A DNA stretch of 64,000 nucleotides, taken from Nitrosopumilus sp. GTDB lineage: Archaea > Thermoproteota > Nitrososphaeria > Nitrososphaerales > Nitrosopumilaceae. This document shows positions 60,593 to 64,000 of this stretch, in pieces. Every line of letters begins with the position of its first letter. Positions within the stretch are counted from its first letter, which is position 1. The position numbers and the translations under genes were made by a program. The stretch is from contig OZ242041.1 in NCBI GenBank assembly GCA_965205215.1, forward strand, positions 1,536,001-1,600,000. Direction: 5' to 3'. The notes under the pieces are model-generated. The model searched no databases. It saw only the letters and a list, made by a program, of their open reading frames with translations, and was not told where the DNA came from.

Positions 60593-60814
60593 GGGGCGCA
60601 GCAGGCAGGGCGCGCGAAGCGTAACGCGGACACAATGGGCGCCATTAGCAGCCAATGCCGCGCATATGCGCATGGGAACGCATCATCCTGATAACGGGGA
60701 GCCCATACAGGACGAAGACGCGCCGAATATGGCATCCGCACGGCATCAGGCGCCGGACTCGAACAGGAGCCCGGCGCCAAATCACATAATTACCGGTACG
60801 TCCCGAGCCAAGTC

Positions 60815-60943
60815 ATGAGCAAGCGATCAATGCCGGTCTGCTTTACAAAGGACCAGTACAGGGCGATCGAGGAATATGCAAGAAGGCACGGAATGCTCAA
60901 TGCAGGCCAAGCCCTCGAAAGGATTCTGGGCGACCGCGCTTAG
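60815..60943 (+). CDS. Ribbon-helix-helix-like microprotein (42 aa)
   Basis: Below the ORF-track cut-off; MSKRSMPVCFTKDQYRAIEEYARRHGMLNAGQALERILGDRA; ATAATTA box upstream. Confidence 0.7.
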   Translation: MSKRSMPVCFTKDQYRAIEEYARRHGMLNAGQALERILGDRA

Positions 60944-61121
60944 AATACCGCCGCTATTCCTTGGCTGCGTGTACGCGACATGTGGTGATTGCCGCCCCGC
61001 ACGGGCGCGGTGGCGACTCGGGCTGGCCCGCGTTGCATCCGGGCGTACGCAGGAGAGAGGCCGGAGCATATAGTCAGAACAATCCGCATTGAAATTTATA
61101 GAATCCGGCGCGTGACACGGC

Positions 61122-61544
61122 ATGGGAATCCTGTTTGATAGAAAGCCCACGTACTGCGCCGTGTGCAAGACGCAGCTCAAGCACAAGCACAAGCCGAAAC
61201 GCGAGTGGGGCATCAAGGGGCGCCTGTGCGGCAACTGCCACTATGAAAAGTCAGTAGAGTACTACGAGGGCAAGGTGCGCCAGCCGTGCACCGTGTGCGG
61301 CACCACCAGGCAGATCAACGACCTCTGGGAGCCCAGATGGCAGTGGGACATGGACGGGCTTCTGTGCAAAAAGTGCTTTGATAAAAAGGAGGAAGACCAC
61401 AAGAGAAAGAAGGGCCACTGCGCCATCTGCAACGCGGAACTGGGCTTCATAAGGCACAACCCAAAGAGCGGCTGGAAGATAGACGGCCAGCTGTGCCGCG
61501 ACTGCTGGGACGAAAAGGCAGGATATGGAAAGCGGCGGCAGTGA
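61122..61544 (+). CDS. Protein of three Cys-rich zinc-finger repeats
   Basis: Three CxxC...P...W...G.LCxxC units. Confidence 0.85.
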   Translation: MGILFDRKPTYCAVCKTQLKHKHKPKREWGIKGRLCGNCHYEKSVEYYEGKVRQPCTVCGTTRQINDLWEPRWQWDMDGLLCKKCFDKKEEDHKRKKGHCAICNAELGFIRHNPKSGWKIDGQLCRDCWDEKAGYGKRRQ

Positions 61545-61582
61545 CGTCACGCGCGGTGTTCAGACAGGAGGCAGACGGCAGA

Positions 61583-61807
61583 ATGATCGGCGACGTTTTC
61601 AAGATAAAGAAAGGAGGGAGGAAAAAGAAGAGGTGCGACGTATGTAACAGAACGTTTGCGACAGACGCGGACCTCATGAACCACAAACAGGTATTCCACG
61701 GCAAGGACCTAAAGTACGACTGCCGCAAGTGCGGCAAATACTTTGCAAGCATGGAGGAAATGAGAACCCACCTGCAGCGCGAGCACAAATACGAGGGTGG
61801 CAGATAG
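61583..61807 (+). CDS. Tandem C2H2 zinc-finger protein
   Basis: CDVCNRTF...HKQVFH and CRKCGKYF...HLQREH. Confidence 0.85.
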   Translation: MIGDVFKIKKGGRKKKRCDVCNRTFATDADLMNHKQVFHGKDLKYDCRKCGKYFASMEEMRTHLQREHKYEGGR

Positions 61808-61912
61808 CAGCATGTCTTGCACGGACGGCGTGCACCGCGTTCAGTCCGGGCGCAGCAACGTGCAGAGAGAGAGCAGAGGAGCGAAGAGAACAACGCAGGA
61901 CGCGCCGGCCGA

Positions 61913-62167
61913 TCAGATGGCTCGAATCGACTTTACTACCGGGGGGCGCACCTTTGTAAACACCTTGAACCCGCAGATGCACTTTATCTCGGGAAGCCGG
62001 GATATCTCGGTGCCGGACGTGACGGTCCCGCACCTCAGGCACGAGTAGTGTACGTCAAAGCGCTCCACGGCAGGATCGTCCGCGGCAGCCAGTACGTCGT
62101 CGCTGTCACTGTCGTCATCCGGCGCCTTTCTGGCAAACACTGCAGACTCTCCGGCGTTAAGGGTCAT
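61913..62167 (-). CDS. rpo12: RNA polymerase subunit P (Rpo12); start uncertain
   Basis: YSCLRCG...IKCICGFKVFTKVRPPVVK. Confidence 0.85.
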   Translation of the reverse strand: MTLNAGESAVFARKAPDDDSDSDDVLAAADDPAVERFDVHYSCLRCGTVTSGTEISRLPEIKCICGFKVFTKVRPPVVKSIRAI

Positions 62168-62209
62168 AATCAACACACCTTGTTTCAGTCATAATTTAAG
62201 AATTCCCAG

Positions 62210-62518
62210 TCATCCCGTAAGCGAGAGCTCTATGTACACGTCGTCGGGTATCTTGAGCCTCATAAGCTGGCGGATGGCCTTGTCGTCTGCGTTGATGTTG
62301 ATGATTCGCCGGTGCATCTTCATCTCCCACTTCTCATAGGTCTCGGTGCCGTTGCCGCACGGCGACTTGCGGGTCGCGACGTGGAGCCGCTTTACAGGAA
62401 GCGGGGTGGGCCCCTTTACCTTTATGCCGGTCTTTTTTATGCTCATTATCTCGTTGCAGACCCCGTCCAGTTTCGGGAGGCTAGTGGAGGTAAGCTTTAC
62501 ACGGGCAGTCTGCGTCAT
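62210..62518 (-). CDS. rps10: 30S ribosomal protein S10 (uS10)
   Basis: GPTPLP...TRKSPCGNG..TYEKWEMKMHRR; follows EF-1alpha. Confidence 0.97.
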   Translation of the reverse strand: MTQTARVKLTSTSLPKLDGVCNEIMSIKKTGIKVKGPTPLPVKRLHVATRKSPCGNGTETYEKWEMKMHRRIININADDKAIRQLMRLKIPDDVYIELSLTG

Positions 62519-62540
62519 AGCAACCAACAGCCACGCAAGT

Positions 62541-63839
62541 CTAGGGCTTGTATTCCTCTGTAATCTCTTTTACAATCCCCGCCGCAATGGTGGCGCCCAT
62601 GTCCCTGAGCGCGAACCTTCCCATCTCTGGAAATTCCTGGAACGTCTCAATGCACGTGGGCCTGACGGGTCTGATCTTTACGATTGCAGAGTCGCCGACC
62701 TTGAGGAACTTTGGGTTCTCCTCCTCTACGGCGCCCGTTGCGGGGTTTATCTTCTGAAGGAACTCCGTCACGGTTGCGGCGACCTGCGATGTGTGCGCGT
62801 GCATGACCGGGGTATACCCGGGCGCAATCGCAGTCGGGTGGTGTATGACGATAATCTGCGCCTTGAACTCCTTGGCGACCATCGGGGGCGCGTCGGGTGT
62901 GCCAAGGACGTCGCCCCGCTTGATGTCCTTCTTCTCTATGCCCCTGAGGTTGAATCCGATGTTGTCGCCGGCCTCGGCAGACGGCATCTCGGTGTGGTGC
63001 GTCTCGATGGACTTTATCTCGCCCGTGGCGCCCGCAGGCATTACTATGATCTTGTCGTTGGTCTTCATGGTACCGGTCTCAACCCTTCCGACTGGAACCG
63101 TGCCGACCCCGGTGATGGTGTAAACGTCCTGGATGGGCACGCGCAGGGGCTTTCCAACCGGCTTTTCTGGCACGGCAAAGTCGTCAAATGCCTCCAGCAG
63201 GGTCTTGCCCGCATACCACGACATGTTCTCGGACTTTTTCACCAGGTTGTCGCCCTTCCATCCCGACACTGGTATGAATGGGACTGAGTCTAGCTTGTAG
63301 CCTACCGAGCGGACGAGCTTTTCGCCCTTTTCCTTGGCCGCCTTGTATGCGTCCTCCGAATAGTTACTGTCGTCCATCTTGTTGATCGCAACAATGAGCT
63401 GGTTCACGCCGAGCGTCTTTAGCAGGAACGCGTGCTCCCTAGCCTGTCCGCCGGCTGCGACCGCAGTGTCAGTCTCGCCTTCCTTGGCGGAGAGCACCAG
63501 GATGGCGGCATCCGCCTCCGACGCGCCCGTGATCATGTTCTTGATAAAGTCCCGGTGTCCCGGGGCGTCAATCAGGGTAAAGAAGTACTTTGGTGACTCG
63601 AATTTTTGAAATGCAAGATCAATCGTAATGCCGCGCTCCCTCTCGTCCTTTATGTTGTCCATGACCCAGGCGTACTTGAAGGTGTCACCCTTGCCGGTCT
63701 TTTCAGACTCAGTCGCGTGGGCTGCGATGGTCCTCTCGTCGACCACCCCTAGGTCCATCAGAAAGTGTCCCATTGTGGTGGACTTGCCGTTGTCGATGTG
63801 CCCTGTCACTATCAGGTTCAGGTGGGGCTTGTCTGCCAT
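62541..63839 (-). CDS. tuf: Translation elongation factor EF-1alpha
   Basis: GHIDNGKST, RERGITID, DAPGHRDF, NKMD, GRFALRD. Confidence 0.98.
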   Translation of the reverse strand: MADKPHLNLIVTGHIDNGKSTTMGHFLMDLGVVDERTIAAHATESEKTGKGDTFKYAWVMDNIKDERERGITIDLAFQKFESPKYFFTLIDAPGHRDFIKNMITGASEADAAILVLSAKEGETDTAVAAGGQAREHAFLLKTLGVNQLIVAINKMDDSNYSEDAYKAAKEKGEKLVRSVGYKLDSVPFIPVSGWKGDNLVKKSENMSWYAGKTLLEAFDDFAVPEKPVGKPLRVPIQDVYTITGVGTVPVGRVETGTMKTNDKIIVMPAGATGEIKSIETHHTEMPSAEAGDNIGFNLRGIEKKDIKRGDVLGTPDAPPMVAKEFKAQIIVIHHPTAIAPGYTPVMHAHTSQVAATVTEFLQKINPATGAVEEENPKFLKVGDSAIVKIRPVRPTCIETFQEFPEMGRFALRDMGATIAAGIVKEITEEYKP

Positions 63840-64000
63840 ATTGGGAGTCCTCTTGGGGGGTATTTATTACTGTTATGAAAAAAACCGCGATTTCCAGGGC
63901 GGATTTTAGAAGATGCGGCATCGTAAAAAATTTCATTTCGTGCGGAATGCGGTTACATGTTATGGCGGCACATACCAAATATGCCAAAGAATCACACCAT

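Noticed and set aside
523-63287. Numerous long antisense or alternate-frame ORFs (e.g. 523-1569, 22660-23871, 55117-56688, 62346-63287)
   Set aside because: Shadow ORFs of real genes, expected at high GC; no recognisable motifs
21664-63839. Separation of EF-2 from EF-1alpha/rps10 as a novel rearrangement
   Set aside because: Split str clusters are common in this archaeal group; not informative without comparison

Overview
Archaeal chromosomal segment, visibly GC-rich. Gene content and protein signatures point to Nitrososphaerota (Thaumarchaeota, Nitrosopumilaceae-like). An animal/sponge-associated lineage is plausible but is inference only. The backbone is housekeeping: thiolase, LLM oxidoreductase, purK/purE, ilvA, CBS-TrkH, CDC48, EF-2, futalosine-pathway mqnD/mqnE, SNF2 helicase, peptide ABC permeases, rpo12-rps10-EF-1alpha, plus many small Cys/His-rich proteins. 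Three accessory patches interrupt it. (i) About 9.5-11.7 kb: a Fic gene plus a decayed restriction-modification-like pseudogene. (ii) About 40.2-50.1 kb: an internally deleted IS110-like remnant, a secreted 4xCache + NMT1/THI5-type binding protein, a secreted protein made of 10 tandem Cache-like domains with 750-bp internal periodicity, and an intact IS5-family element (18-bp TIRs, 8-bp TSD) next to that gene's promoter. (iii) A TnpB-only element at 56.7-58.2 kb bounded by TCAC(G). The most novel-looking items are the output-less poly-Cache exoproteins, a candidate promoter-linked structured small RNA at 7.2 kb, a repeat-expanded Met/Glu-rich secreted protein, and pervasive Gly/Asp-rich insertions in conserved enzymes. 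No rRNA, tRNA or CRISPR array was recognised. Family assignments are from motif recognition by eye; no database search was run.
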